Of a DNA stretch of 50,764 nt, positions 38,172-50,338 are shown in pieces. The notes beneath the pieces were generated by a model. That model did no database searches. It had not been told where the DNA came from and saw only the letters and a program-made list of their open reading frames with translations. This DNA is from Seison nebaliae (taxonomy: Eukaryota): NCBI GenBank assembly GCA_023231475.1, contig JALJEE010000580.1:1-50764 (forward strand), written 5' to 3'. Numbering within the stretch: the first letter of the stretch is position 1; each line of letters starts with the position of its first letter. The translations under genes and the position numbers were made by a program.

Positions 38172-40902
38172 TTAGAGTTCTTGTTTGTGAGTTGGCGGGA
38201 TGAGATGATTCGGTAATGTCGTGGGCAGTTCGTGACCTTCTAATTTGATCTTCATCAAATGATTTGCCAATGCCCATTCATCTCTATTCAGATATCCATC
38301 CTTATCATGATCAGCTAACGTCCAAATCTTTCCTAAAACTGTATTTGGTAATTTGGATTTGACCATTTCAGCTTTTGCTTTGGCACCACTGAACTTTCCA
38401 CCCAATGGATTCACACGGTCAAAAACTCGGTCAGCTTCCTCACGTTCCCGGTCAACTATCCATCCGTCTTCTCCTAAACCTAAATGAAAATGAATGAGAT
38501 ATGTGTGTGAAAGATGAAAATGACTTCATTGTCCATCTAACCTGCTTTTATTCCTTCGCCCATACCAACATCGAACGGATTCTCTACCATTTGTCCAAAA
38601 ACACCACCATGTGCTACGTATTTATTCTTCGTCATATTACTAGTATCACCGCCTTCTATACACGAATGCGATAGAAGATATAGAATATTAATAAAAGGAA
38701 ATCATTTCATTTCATTTCATGTCAATTACTAAGTAGAAGATGACCCACAATCATTAATTCCCAAGATATCGAACTAACTAATTATGGTAATAAAATCGAT
38801 ATTAAGATATAAAAGCTATTTTCTAATCTGCAATCATCTATGATAAAGAACTACGAATTTGGAAAGGAAGCATTATATAAGAGAGTATAAATCATCTCAA
38901 AGCGAAAGAAGATGAGAGTAGAGAAAAAATGGTGGAACCTCCTGTTTGACTTGAATACTCGGGTGCTGTTTTTTTATAGGTGGAATAAATATTGTTAGGA
39001 TAAATAACAAATAAACAAAATGCAGAAAAATTCTCAATAAAAGTTCGAGAGTAATCCGCTCTTATAGATTGAATAGAAATTGACATTCACTGGATATTAT
39101 TCATCCAAAAAATATCTTCCTTCCATTCGTTTTTTTGGAAATGTAACAGATGCAATAACAAACATGTCATGAAGAGTGGAGGAGAGATAGATGGATATTC
39201 TCAAAAAACATTGCCCTCATTCACACATTCATTTATTTTTTTTCCCATAACTAACGTTGATCATTGATTTGAATGGCATTACGTAATTCTTGCGTCTCTT
39301 TGGGGATAAGTGCCATGAGTCGTGTTATTTCGTTCGTTGTCATATTATCAACTCGATCAATTAGTTTCTTATCGAGAGATTTGAAATTACGGAAATCCTT
39401 AAAGAAAGAAAAAAGGTAAATTATTGAAGAGAAGGGAGAGGCGAATGATACGAATAATTCCAATTATCATATTCCAAAATCAACTCATTATGACATGGTG
39501 GTAGTAGCGCATCAATCTCTTTTCCCACATTACAAATATGGAATGAAGACGATGTGGGATAATCATTAAAAAAAGAATCATCAATGTAGATTGAATATGA
39601 AGGGAATGAATAGGAGAGAAGCCTAAAAAGAAAGAAGAAGTACCATTGGCTAAATAGTAGTTATGATAAATAAAGAAATGTGACAATGAGAATAAGAAGG
39701 TTATGAATATAAGACAGAAATCGATTATTTCTCTCGAAATCTTCTTCCCCCAATCATTATACTAACAGTTCTGGACAGATATTCTCTCATTCGTTCGATC
39801 TCCGGAAAATCTCCTGGTGATATCTGATGTTCTTGTTCGATGTGACGATAAATCTTGTCAAGATTCGCAATTAATTCTCGTTTTTTCGTTTCCTTTCCAA
39901 AAACTGATGGCATCTCCTTCTTCAAATATGAAATAATATACGCATGAACCTAACAAAGAATATTTTCAATTAATTCTTATTTTGAAGTAGAACCTTTGCG
40001 GAACGTGCTCGTTTAATTAAATCATTTAATTTCCTTAATGTTGCATTTCTAGGTAAGGATTGAAGATCAGTCAATAAATCATTCTCTTCCATCTCAAATA
40101 ATTTTCGATTATGATCATATTGGTGTGGTTTATCCCAAAACGATCCGATATAAACTCGTACGACTTCCGGTGTATTGAACACCTTCCCCAACGACCACAT
40201 CAGTGCCCCATAAATCCTCATCAATTGTTGATGATTAATCATATCAGACTTGTTGAGAACAATTCGAATTTTGTCATCGTTTCGTTTGAGAACTTCGATA
40301 CATCGTTTAAATTCGTCACTGATATCTAATTTGTGAGCGTCGAATAAAAGAATGATTCGATCGACACGATCAGCAAACCATTCGAGAACTCCTTGGAAAT
40401 CATAACCACGATTAATTCTCTGTTTCTCTCCCGATAAGATACCAGGAGTATCGATGAAAGTTATTGATTCGAGCACGGGATTAGGTAGATGTGAACATTG
40501 AAATCGATTGAGGAATGTATTGCCAAATTTGGAAAGAACTTTAAATTGTTTCTTCGGATCTACAACTAATGCATTGCCAGGAATGGCACCAGTATCTTCT
40601 GCATGCATCACAGCGATATAACCATCAGTCGTCGGTTCAGGTCCAATTCGGATACCGGGAAAATCTTCTTCAAGAATATAACGAATGAAAGTCGTTTTAC
40701 CTACACTGTATTGACCGACTAATAATACCATTGGTTTGGCGTCGAAATCAGCTGCATCCAATGGTGGAGAATGAAAATCATGAAAATTGTATGCTTTCTC
40801 CAATGGATGTAAGGAATTCTTGTAAGCATTCTTCAATCCGTCAATAACCGTTCGGAATTCTTTGTTTTCCGTCTCCGATTTATTTTTCCCCCATCGACCC
40901 AT
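38172..40902 (-). CDS. EHD1: EH domain-containing ATPase (EHD1/Past1/RME-1 family), 5 exons (introns 39950-39993, 39398-39766, 38656-39255, 38480-38541)
   Basis: GQYSVGKTTFI, IGPEPTTD, DTPGILSGEKQ, LLFDAHKLDISDEF, LNKSD; C-terminal EH domain SKLPNTVLGKIWTLADHDKDG. Confidence 0.97.
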
Positions 40903-42306
40903 TTTCCTGTGCAAAATTATCAATTTCTGACTTTGTTCAATTTATTCAGATAAATGCGAGATGGTGGGAATGGATAGAAGAGAATCAGTTTCTATAAAAC
41001 GAAAATAGTTTCAACTTCCAAATGAAAGATTTTATTAATGAGTTTTTATTTCAATTGAACTAATAATAGTCAAATAAAATTATAATAATTCAATTCAATT
41101 TATAAATCATAAATGATCATATCAAAATAAATAAATGAGCGCAATTGACAAATAGAAATAGGGATATTAAGAATAGTTTGGAAATGAAAGAGTTAATTAG
41201 AATTTAATGAATTAAAAATATTCTAAAATATATTTTAAAAAGAATTTATTAATAATAAATAAACTTTAGATGTTCTGAAAATTATGATAAGTTATTTTTC
41301 ATAAAATTCTTCAACATTAAACGACACTTTACTGTTGTTGTTGAGAAATTCAAATGTCGGTGTCTCTTAGAATTATCATCAGACTTATTAGCGCACTTTC
41401 ATTCTTTTCTCCTATTCAATTTTTATAGAGTCTCCAACCATTAATTTCATTCAGTGAGTTAACATGCATACACCACACGTTCAATCGGACAAGTTTACTT
41501 CCTTTATCTGGATCATGTGATTATGAACGTTGTTGCATAATTTACTGAACGACGATTATCAACATACTAATTTATCATCGAATACGATTTAAACGTGTAC
41601 ACATGATCAGGTACTTCTGAAGTCATCTCAAATAAGTCTGAAGGAGAAATAAGTCGTTTAATTATTCTATAAATCTACTGCTAAGTACACTAGTTCAACA
41701 CAAGAGAAGAAAAATTAGTCAGTCAACACAACTCAACTCCATTTGGTACATCGTTATTCCAAAATTAGTGACTTTTATTTAATAAAGCTTCTCATCTTTC
41801 TCATCTCTAAATGGTGTTGCTTATCTAAGGATCATTTATAATGGTTTACAATTTATAATTTAATAGTATTTCCCTTCTAAAATGTTCAAATTATCCTCGT
41901 AATTTAAAACAATTTTGAATTGTTGTTAATTATAATCATCATTATTTCAATTCAAACTTAATACCAAATAACATATTAATAGATGACAATATAATTAGTT
42001 TCAATAATTTCATAATTTATGTGATGGAATGTAATAAAAAACATTTTAATTCAAAACACATTCCTCTATCCTCTTTAAAAACTCAATTAATTAATTTCAA
42101 AAATAATTTTGCAGCAACACAAAACTTATCTGCTTAGACTCTCTAGAAGAAGTTATATTTTAGTCACAAGCTTAATATTTGAACTGGGAGATTGGACTGT
42201 CTCATCACACGGTCATTATAAGAGATGAATAATGATTAAATTTAAAGCTAATTAAAAAGAATTAGAGGAATAATTTAATTTACAAATTTGTATTTCCGAA
42301 TCCGAA

Positions 42307-43220
42307 ATGTTCTTAAATGTTAGTTTTCTCGTTTCATACTCGAACAACTTTTATGATTGTTCCATTGACATCGACAGGCACCTAATTGTTCTCGTGAATT
42401 ACTTTGTCTTCAAAAAGAATTGAAGAGATTGCAGAAACAACAAGATGAGGCATGTTCATCGCTTAATTACTTGTTAACTGAACGAGCGAAAGCATTGAAA
42501 GTTAAATTTTTTTCTTCTGTCAATTTAATTCTTCTTCTAATTTTCCAGGATCCTGCACTCTTCATGAAGAAGTTGAAAGAGAAGTTGGAAAATTGTTTAT
42601 TAAACTATTTGATAATTGAATGACATTTCATTATGTTTTATAGTGATGAAGATTGTTTTAAAATGCCAGAACCACTTCAATTGCAATTCGATCTGGTTTT
42701 GGGAGGTGACAAAACTACTTCTCTTCCGGAGGTGGCGCTTGGTTTTGTGATGAATGTTGAAGAGTCGTTGAACGAAGATGAGGGAAAGACGGTTGATGTA
42801 GAAATGATAAATGGAATTGAAGAAACGACCGAGATGAATGAGAAGGATGTTGTTAAAGTTGAATCTACAAATACAAAAGGAACTCGAATTCGAGATGACA
42901 AGGGTTCGAGTTCCTCAGAAACAAATGGAAAAAACGGAAGGACATCAACTAAAATTAGAAAAAAAGTTAGACCGCAAGGTAAAAAAAACCAACCGAAAAG
43001 ACCGAGTGCTGGATGTAGTAGATGGACAACAGAGGAACATGACCGTTTATGTGCATTAATGAGGAAATATCCACCGGAAGAAGTTCAAGCTAAACGTTGG
43101 AGGAAAATCGCCGAAGAACTTCATTCGAGAACTCCCCTACAAATTCAATCTCATGTTCAGAAAATGGCCAAAAGACTTCCTGATTGGGAAGAAAATAATA
43201 CTAATAATTGTAGTTCTTGA
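42307..43220 (+). CDS. ZZZ3: ZZZ3-like SANT/Myb protein, 4 exons (introns 42319-42377, 42501-42548, 42584-42643)
   Basis: RAKALK|DPALFMKKL coil motif and SANT WTTEEHDRLCALMRKYPPEEVQAKRWRKIAEELHSRTPLQIQSHVQK, both characteristic of ZZZ3/ATAC1. No ZZ finger found. Confidence 0.72.
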
Positions 43221-43440
43221 AATAGTTATTGTCAATCAAAAAACTTGTTGTTATTTCCTTCGTTATTTCACTCGCCTTCAGTTTCACATACTCTTCTCGT
43301 TGTAAAGAAAATCTCTAATTTTTTTTAATCTTTCCCAAAACCGGTTATACGGAAGATATATTTTTCTTGTTAATTCATTTTTTTGTTATAATAATAAAGT
43401 TATTTTAATTTAAAGGATAATTTATTTAACAATATTATCA

Positions 43441-46119
43441 TCATTTCGATAATTCAATATGTAAATCTTCCAATTTCTCGTCAATTCGCCGAAGCTTCCG
43501 CTGGATTTCGATGAGAGCCATATCTTTTGATGACATTCGATTCTTCTTACTTTTCTTTTCTTTCTTTTTACCTTTCTTCAATTTCGTTCTATCGAAATAT
43601 GAAGTGATGTAAGCACGAGACACATTCCGAACATGATTGTCGATACCATAAGCATTAACGTAAATATAACGATGGAATTGAAGACGAGCAAATTGGAATG
43701 CCAATTGAATTCGTCTTTCTTCATTCTTTTCCTTTTCTAATTTCTCTTCGTCGAGCGTTTTATCTGGTAATTCGACTTTTTTATCTTCCTCTTTTAGATC
43801 ATCGGGTATTGGTTGAATTTGTTTCTTTTTTCGTTTCTCTTTTAATTCATTCTTCATCTGAAGCATCAATCGTTTCTTTTGTTCTTTCTCATGTTGTAGT
43901 GCGATTGTGTTATCGGAGAATTGTATATGCTTCTCATTCTTCACTTCCAAATCTAAATCTTTCGATTTAATTTCGGATTCTTTTGAAGGTTTTCTGAAAG
44001 AACTTTTACAGATTTCTTTAATATCGATATTAGACAAATCCTTATTATTCTGTAATTCTGTGACGGTTTGGTTTTCACTCGTTATTGTTGTTATACTATC
44101 CTCAATGAGAGGATGACTGTCTAGAATTGTCAAGTCATCATTATGTTCTTCCGATATTATTTGCTCTAACATATTTTCTCTAATTTTATCTTGTGAATTT
44201 TTCTTTAGTTTCTTTGTTCTTTTGATATATTCAGGCTTAATTGCATCAACTTTGTAATCATGAGTTTCATCTTTTTCATCTTTATCAAAAACTTTTATTT
44301 GGACTTGAAACTAAATTCAATACAATTCAACTAAAATTACAAAGTTAGGAAAAGGTAACTATACCAGAATCAGTCGATTCCAAATCAAATGATTTTATTT
44401 CAATTGGAGGTAACTCTTCATGTGTCCGATCGATTCTAATCGTCGTTTCACCCACTAGTGGAATATCATCCATATCCACTTTCACAATTGTACATTCTTC
44501 CTCGTTTAACTTCAATTGGAGATCGATATTTTCTTTCGAAAGATCTTCGTTGATCAATTCATCGATAACATCATCAGAAATATGTAAAGTGAAATTTGTT
44601 CGATCAGTTTTTCGACTATCGTTCTTACTGCCTGATAATGCACTTTCTAATAATTTACGATATTCAATTCGTCGATTTTCAACATTATTTTCTTCGTTCT
44701 CTTTTAGATTTACTATACTTTTCTCTATCAAACTTGAAGTGAATGAACAGCGAGAAGAAATGTTCCTCGACGTTTCTTTAACAATTTCAATTATTCTTCT
44801 TTCTTCTTGTAATCGTTGAGTGTTGAGATAATTATTCTTATTATCATTTGTTGATGCCAAAGCAAAATTCTGCACATTAATCAATTGATTGTCTATCGAC
44901 GAATTGTTAGTTCTGACGGATTTCCTCGACAATTTAATTCGTTTCATTTCATCCGATTGTCGAAAGAAAGCTTTGTTGGGTAAAGTTGTATTTTGTTTTA
45001 GTTTTGGAAGATGAATTTTCTCAACCGAAGAATCAATCACTTTATCTATCGATATTGGTCTTTTTGATAAATTTCCCAATTTCTTTTCATTTCTCGTTTT
45101 CTTCGAATAATTTTCTTGCATTGTCACTTCAATTTCTTTTTCTAGTTTGCGACGTTCTTGTTCTTGTTCAAACGACGGTTGAAATAGTTTCGTGTTTATC
45201 GATTTAGTCAAAGCAGCTCGTTCATATGACCATCCCACATTCGATTTATTTGTTGACTTATCTTCATTAAAATAATTCATTGAACTACTTAACGAAATGT
45301 TTCGATGATGTTGTATATTAGAAAAATCGAAATTCTTATAATTTATGTTAGAATTGATTGTTAAATTGGACTTTGCAATAAACTTATCAGCGACTGTGGA
45401 AGATATAATCGATTTGGGTAAATAATCATCCCTTCCACCTGGTCGAAATGGGATCGTTTCCTACAAATTATGTTCTTACTATGCAAAGTCAATATTAGTT
45501 GTATGTAAACTTTATTATTAAGAAATTCTTTCAGATATCCTTCAACAACTATTTGCTGTTGTTTCTTTTTTGAATATAATTCCATTTCTTCTTCTGTTCT
45601 CGTCTTCTTTAATTTCTCTAATTTTTTTGTCCTTTCCACTTCCACCAATTCATTTGGTGACGTTTTAACTTTCGTTGTTGCTAAATGGAATTCATTTATT
45701 TCCATAATACGATATGAGAAGATAACGTTTATTTAGAATGACTGGAAGTTTCATGTTCTCTGATATTCGTACCAGTTTCGAAGACGGATAAATTTCGCTC
45801 AAATTCCGTTTAGTCATTATCGACGTACGATCTTCTTCGATTGAAGTGAGGAAAGGCAATGATGGAAATGAATTTAATGAATTTGTGGAAACATTGATTT
45901 GTTTGTTTTTTTCATTCTCACCTTCTCGATGAATCAATACCGTTTCCGGTATTAATTCAATGGAAGGGATCTGCTGATATGACAAAATGGTTCGGCATAA
46001 ATTACCTTCACTTTTTATATGATTCTCACTTCAAATAACAACGAACAATGGACTTCATTCATGCTGATAATTTGAGAAAAATTTAACTTGTAAGACATAC
46101 CATATTTGGTTCGGTCCAT
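43441..46119 (-). CDS. Uncharacterised charged, low-complexity protein, ~5 exons
   Basis: Four consecutive minus-strand ORFs can be joined in frame by GTT-AG introns. The only conserved-looking block is YGIDNHVRNVSRAYITSYF near the C-terminus. Start position is tentative. Confidence 0.6.
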
Positions 46120-46959
46120 GGCACATTGAAATTAGATTTGAAAAAGAATTTTTATGATACAATTATTATGAATAGAATGTTTAAGTCACTCAAATTTTTT
46201 ATTCTCTCATTCCTTATAGTTCCTTCAATTCTGATTCATTCCTTTAATAGTTTTCTTTTCTTGCGACAACGTTGGAAGAAGAATATTTTCCTATTTAAAT
46301 AAACGATCCAACAAGAGAAAAGGTGATGTCGTGTATAATCTGAATATGTCGAAGAATATTATTGGAATAACATTAACAAACTAATAAACTTGCTAACGAA
46401 CAGTAGAGGAAGACTCTCTTGTTGGTTTCGAGTTGGTTAATATAATAATGGGAATTATAACAATCATAGTCTAAGGAGGGAAAAGAAAGAATCTATTTTT
46501 AATGCTACGCAGGTATGCCATGCAAACTGAATAACAAAAGAAATTTCCTGAACAATATTTTGAATATAAGTGGACTGACCTTCAATTAAACGACAACCGG
46601 ACGAAGGAATAACGATTTTTTGTAAGAAACACATATTTAGTTAAATCAATGGGTAACTCAAATTTTCTTTATTTCCATTCTTGCCTTCCAGTAGATCATC
46701 TTTCTTAGGCAATCATTCCTCCTAAAAATATTTGGTTCGTGTAGAAGTCGTGTTTGTTGGATTTCACATATGAAACTTGTAGTTTCTAATTTTCCATACT
46801 TGATCAATATTGTATAATCATAAAAAATGGGATAACTATCATTATTACTCATTAATTGGAAGAGATGCTGTTGGTTTATATGAAAATATGAATTGTTAAA
46901 AAAGAGATTTATGAAAACCTCTTTTTTGAGAGAAGTTAACATAGGCGTATAGTAAAAAA

Positions 46960-48880
46960 GTTTATTTGTTTATTTATTTATTTGTAATAAAAGAAAAAGA
47001 AGGAGAAAAAAAGGAACACGATTGGGCAGAGCTGCAGAAAAATCGACTTATCTATCGGAAAAAATATATAAAGATCCCAAATACAAAATCCCATACAGTG
47101 ACAATTCAAACGTCGCTCTCGAGAAGAATCCTCAAAGTGCTAGGCTGATTTTTTTCTATCAGGGTCTTGACAGAATTTAAAGTAGACCAGTTCGTCACGT
47201 AATCGGGACACTGAAGAAAACGACAAGATGAACTCACGAAATTCTGTTGAAAGAGGTGAGTGGTTTATCGAATAGTATACAACGGTGGAAGAAAAGATGG
47301 AATGATTCGATGTGATAGAACAAGAGATGATAATCAGGAGGCACATCATCTTGAGCGAATCAGGCACATACGAAATAATGTTGAAATTTGATGTCAACAC
47401 TAACGCGTCAGACAGTGAGTTCGGATACGTAATTGAGTAATAACGGAAAAAAAAATTTGAGAGGCGATGAGAAGTCCTCACATTGTGCATAAATTGGAAC
47501 TGAAAGAGCTGAACTGCGACTACAATCAACTACTTTCACATACCTCTGCGCCAGGAATAATGGCAATGGAGTCAGTTCGCAAATCGTGAACATAAATGCT
47601 CTATTGAAAGGCTTATGACAACCGAGCATCATCCGAATTGTTCTATTATACGTTCGATCAAGGCAACGTAGTGACTTATCAGTATTCGAGATAGAGACTG
47701 CTAATCCCTACAAGTCGCAACAGTAACAAACAAATAATTTCTACTTCAATTTAAGAGAAAAAAATTTGTAGCGATGATGAAAAGAGTAATTTTACTCATT
47801 TGAATAAGAATAGATCATAAGATCATTTGATCTTAGAAATCTGCATCTTACTCGATCTACTAGTGCTGAACTTTTCCTCTTCGATTCGAACTGACACCCA
47901 AGAAAACACACTTCCTTGTTCCTCACAATGAAAACGAATTGGAAATCTTGAAATATTCGACAGAATTGACGATTTACTCTCGTCACATATGATTCCTACA
48001 ATAATTAACCGATTATGAATGAACTCATTGTCAGTAATCTTTTTACATTGACGAACATTATTGGCACATATGAGAATGTCGTCTGCATATGCAATGACTG
48101 CAGGAAAAGAATTCGTCCCGATTCTAAATGAAAACAACTGATAAGATTCAATGAGAATTCCATCTATCACTTTCCCAAAATCCATGGGGCAAGAATACAT
48201 TCTTGTCTCACTCCTTTATTTATGCGAAATGTCTCCGATTTTGTATCTCCAACTTTTACCACTCCGAAGGAGTTAGTGAAGATCTCATTAATGAAAGAAA
48301 GATAAATTTCATCAACTCCTTCTCTCCGTAAAATATCGATACCATGCTCCATACTGATAGAGTCGAAAGCTTTCGATGCGTCCATGAAGAAGAAAACAAA
48401 TTTCGAGTTTACAATACGTGATGAACAGATCAAAAATTTTAAATAAAGAATCAGAGGCATGGTTCCCCTATTATCTTCCCGATAAGCGAATTGAAATTTC
48501 GACGAACATACCTGATTTACATATCTATTCTTAATTATCTGTTCAGTCATCTTGATTAATCCGCTAGCGACACAGATAGGACGATAGGAATTAACTTCCG
48601 AAGCGTCCTTACAATGCCCTTTATAGATTGGAGTGATAGAAAACAATCTGATGTTGCTGAAATCGACATTGCCAGTCAATACATCATTAATATACTCAAC
48701 TATCAATTGAAATGATGACTCCTTTAATGTGACGAACTAATGACTACAAACTTAATGCACGTGGAAGTGATTGTCAACCGAGAGCGACTATTGACTTAAC
48801 AAGGCTTGTGGACTCAGAAACTGCTGACTCAACGTTGGAATCATCTTGGAAGGAAACGCCACCCTCCTTTCGCATGGAAT
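46960..48880 (-). mobile_element. 5'-truncated, frameshifted non-LTR retrotransposon (RT and 3' end)
   Basis: ITPIYKG...SYRPI, QFAYR, FMDASKAFDSI, GVRQ(frameshift)CILAP, IAYADDIL, FLGC. Ends in an (AAAT)n-like tail at 46960-46984, typical of CR1/L2-group LINEs. Confidence 0.92.
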
Positions 48881-49276
48881 TATTTACCGAATTATTTATA
48901 TCAGACATGTCAAAAAAAAATTTTTTTTTTTGAATAAATTTTAAAATAACAGAAATACGCTAAATTACAATCGATGCATTAAAATTTCTTTTTGTCTTCA
49001 AGTCATTCTTATTAACAGCAGACGAAGAATTCCTTATGTCACAGTTTTAGATATAATTTTAGTAATCAGTTCGTTATCTGTCATTTGAGGAAAATCTATT
49101 TCATAATATACATGTATTCGTAATTTCATATTATTCGTTTTATTTATTATAAATAGATTATATTATAGATATTTAGAACCCAAAATTACATCTGCATCTC
49201 TTTATTATTATTCAAATTAATTGTCATAAATGAAACTATGAACTAATATGAATATATAAATACAATTTGAAAAAAA

Positions 49277-50338
49277 ATGATCGATTCGAGTACCTGTACC
49301 GATATCAACTCTTCAATCATCTCCAACGCACCTGTAGTAATTACACCGTTAGTCCCCGGTGACGCATCGCAATCCTCAGGTATGGATCGTATTCTTAACT
49401 CATCAACCTTCCAAGAATTATTAGAGAATTCCTCGACTAATACCGGAAGGAAAAGAAAAAACGACGATACAAACGTAACCTCTACAAATCGTCAAACTCC
49501 TTCAACTGCCAATAAATTTTCTAAATCGAATCCTAGTAACGTCGCAATACTCAACGAACTCTCTGAAATCAAACAACTGCTTCGTTTGCTTCTGAACCGA
49601 AACGCAACACCCACGGTGAAACACGAAATCGGTTGTCAAACTGTCGACATTGAATTAGTGAAATCATCAGTTCGTTCTCCATCACAAAAAACGAAAACGA
49701 ACGATCTCACCACATCTTCCAATTGGTTCTCCAACAGGACTTCCGTCTTGCGCGCGAAGCTAACGTCAAACGGCGAGTCAGCTCGAAAGGAGACGACTGT
49801 TTCATTCGATAATCTACCAATTCCTGCACGGCCCACTCACAAGAAGAAAAAACCGAGGAGCAAACCAGCTGTAGCCGTCGTAACCGGCACTCGTACAAGC
49901 TGTTCTGTTCTTGGGGCTCCTCCTCGTCCAACCGTACCGATACTCAGGTCAATGCTAGTTACCAACCTCGAACCCGACACGAAATCTTCCGACATCTCTT
50001 CACTTCTCCAACAATCCAATCTGGATTTCGTCAAGTTGTGGCGTATGAGAAGCAAAAAGAGTGACGATTCCCTAAATATGGCCCGTTCATTCATTATACG
50101 ATGTTCGGTTGACAATCTGCAAAAATTTCTCGATCCTTCTCTGTGGCCTGAACGTGTCAACATTCGCTATTTCTTTTTCTCTTCCTCCACCAACGATTTT
50201 TTAAGAGAGAGGTGCATTGAGTTCGTCGAAAACTCTTCGGACGTTACCATGACGACTCGCGCTCCTCCTCTTCTTTCTATCTCTTCTTCTTCCTCCACTT
50301 CTCTCTCAGCTCCTTCATCTTCATCCATATCTTTATGA
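49277..50338 (+). CDS. LINE ORF1 protein (disordered region, short coil, RRM-like C-terminal domain)
   Basis: ILNELSEIKQLL coil; SMLVTNLEPDT...SFIIRCS...FLDPSLWPERVNIRYF is the pattern seen in CR1/L2-group ORF1s. GC-richer than host DNA and directly followed by an APE domain. Confidence 0.78.
   Translation: MIDSSTCTDINSSIISNAPVVITPLVPGDASQSSGMDRILNSSTFQELLENSSTNTGRKRKNDDTNVTSTNRQTPSTANKFSKSNPSNVAILNELSEIKQLLRLLLNRNATPTVKHEIGCQTVDIELVKSSVRSPSQKTKTNDLTTSSNWFSNRTSVLRAKLTSNGESARKETTVSFDNLPIPARPTHKKKKPRSKPAVAVVTGTRTSCSVLGAPPRPTVPILRSMLVTNLEPDTKSSDISSLLQQSNLDFVKLWRMRSKKSDDSLNMARSFIIRCSVDNLQKFLDPSLWPERVNIRYFFFSSSTNDFLRERCIEFVENSSDVTMTTRAPPLLSISSSSSTSLSAPSSSSISL

Noticed and set aside
389..46087. 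GTT introns as a recent introner (TE-derived intron) invasion
   Set aside because: The introns share no internal sequence, TIRs or TSDs, and at least one (globin B12.2) sits at an ancestral position.
389..46087. U12-type (minor) introns
   Set aside because: No GTATCCTT or ATATCCTT donors were seen.
301..46119. Alternative genetic code or widespread pseudogenisation to explain the fragmented ORFs
   Set aside because: The breaks in recognisable host genes resolve with short G(T/C)-AG introns, and long exons translate cleanly in the standard code with all three stop codons used.
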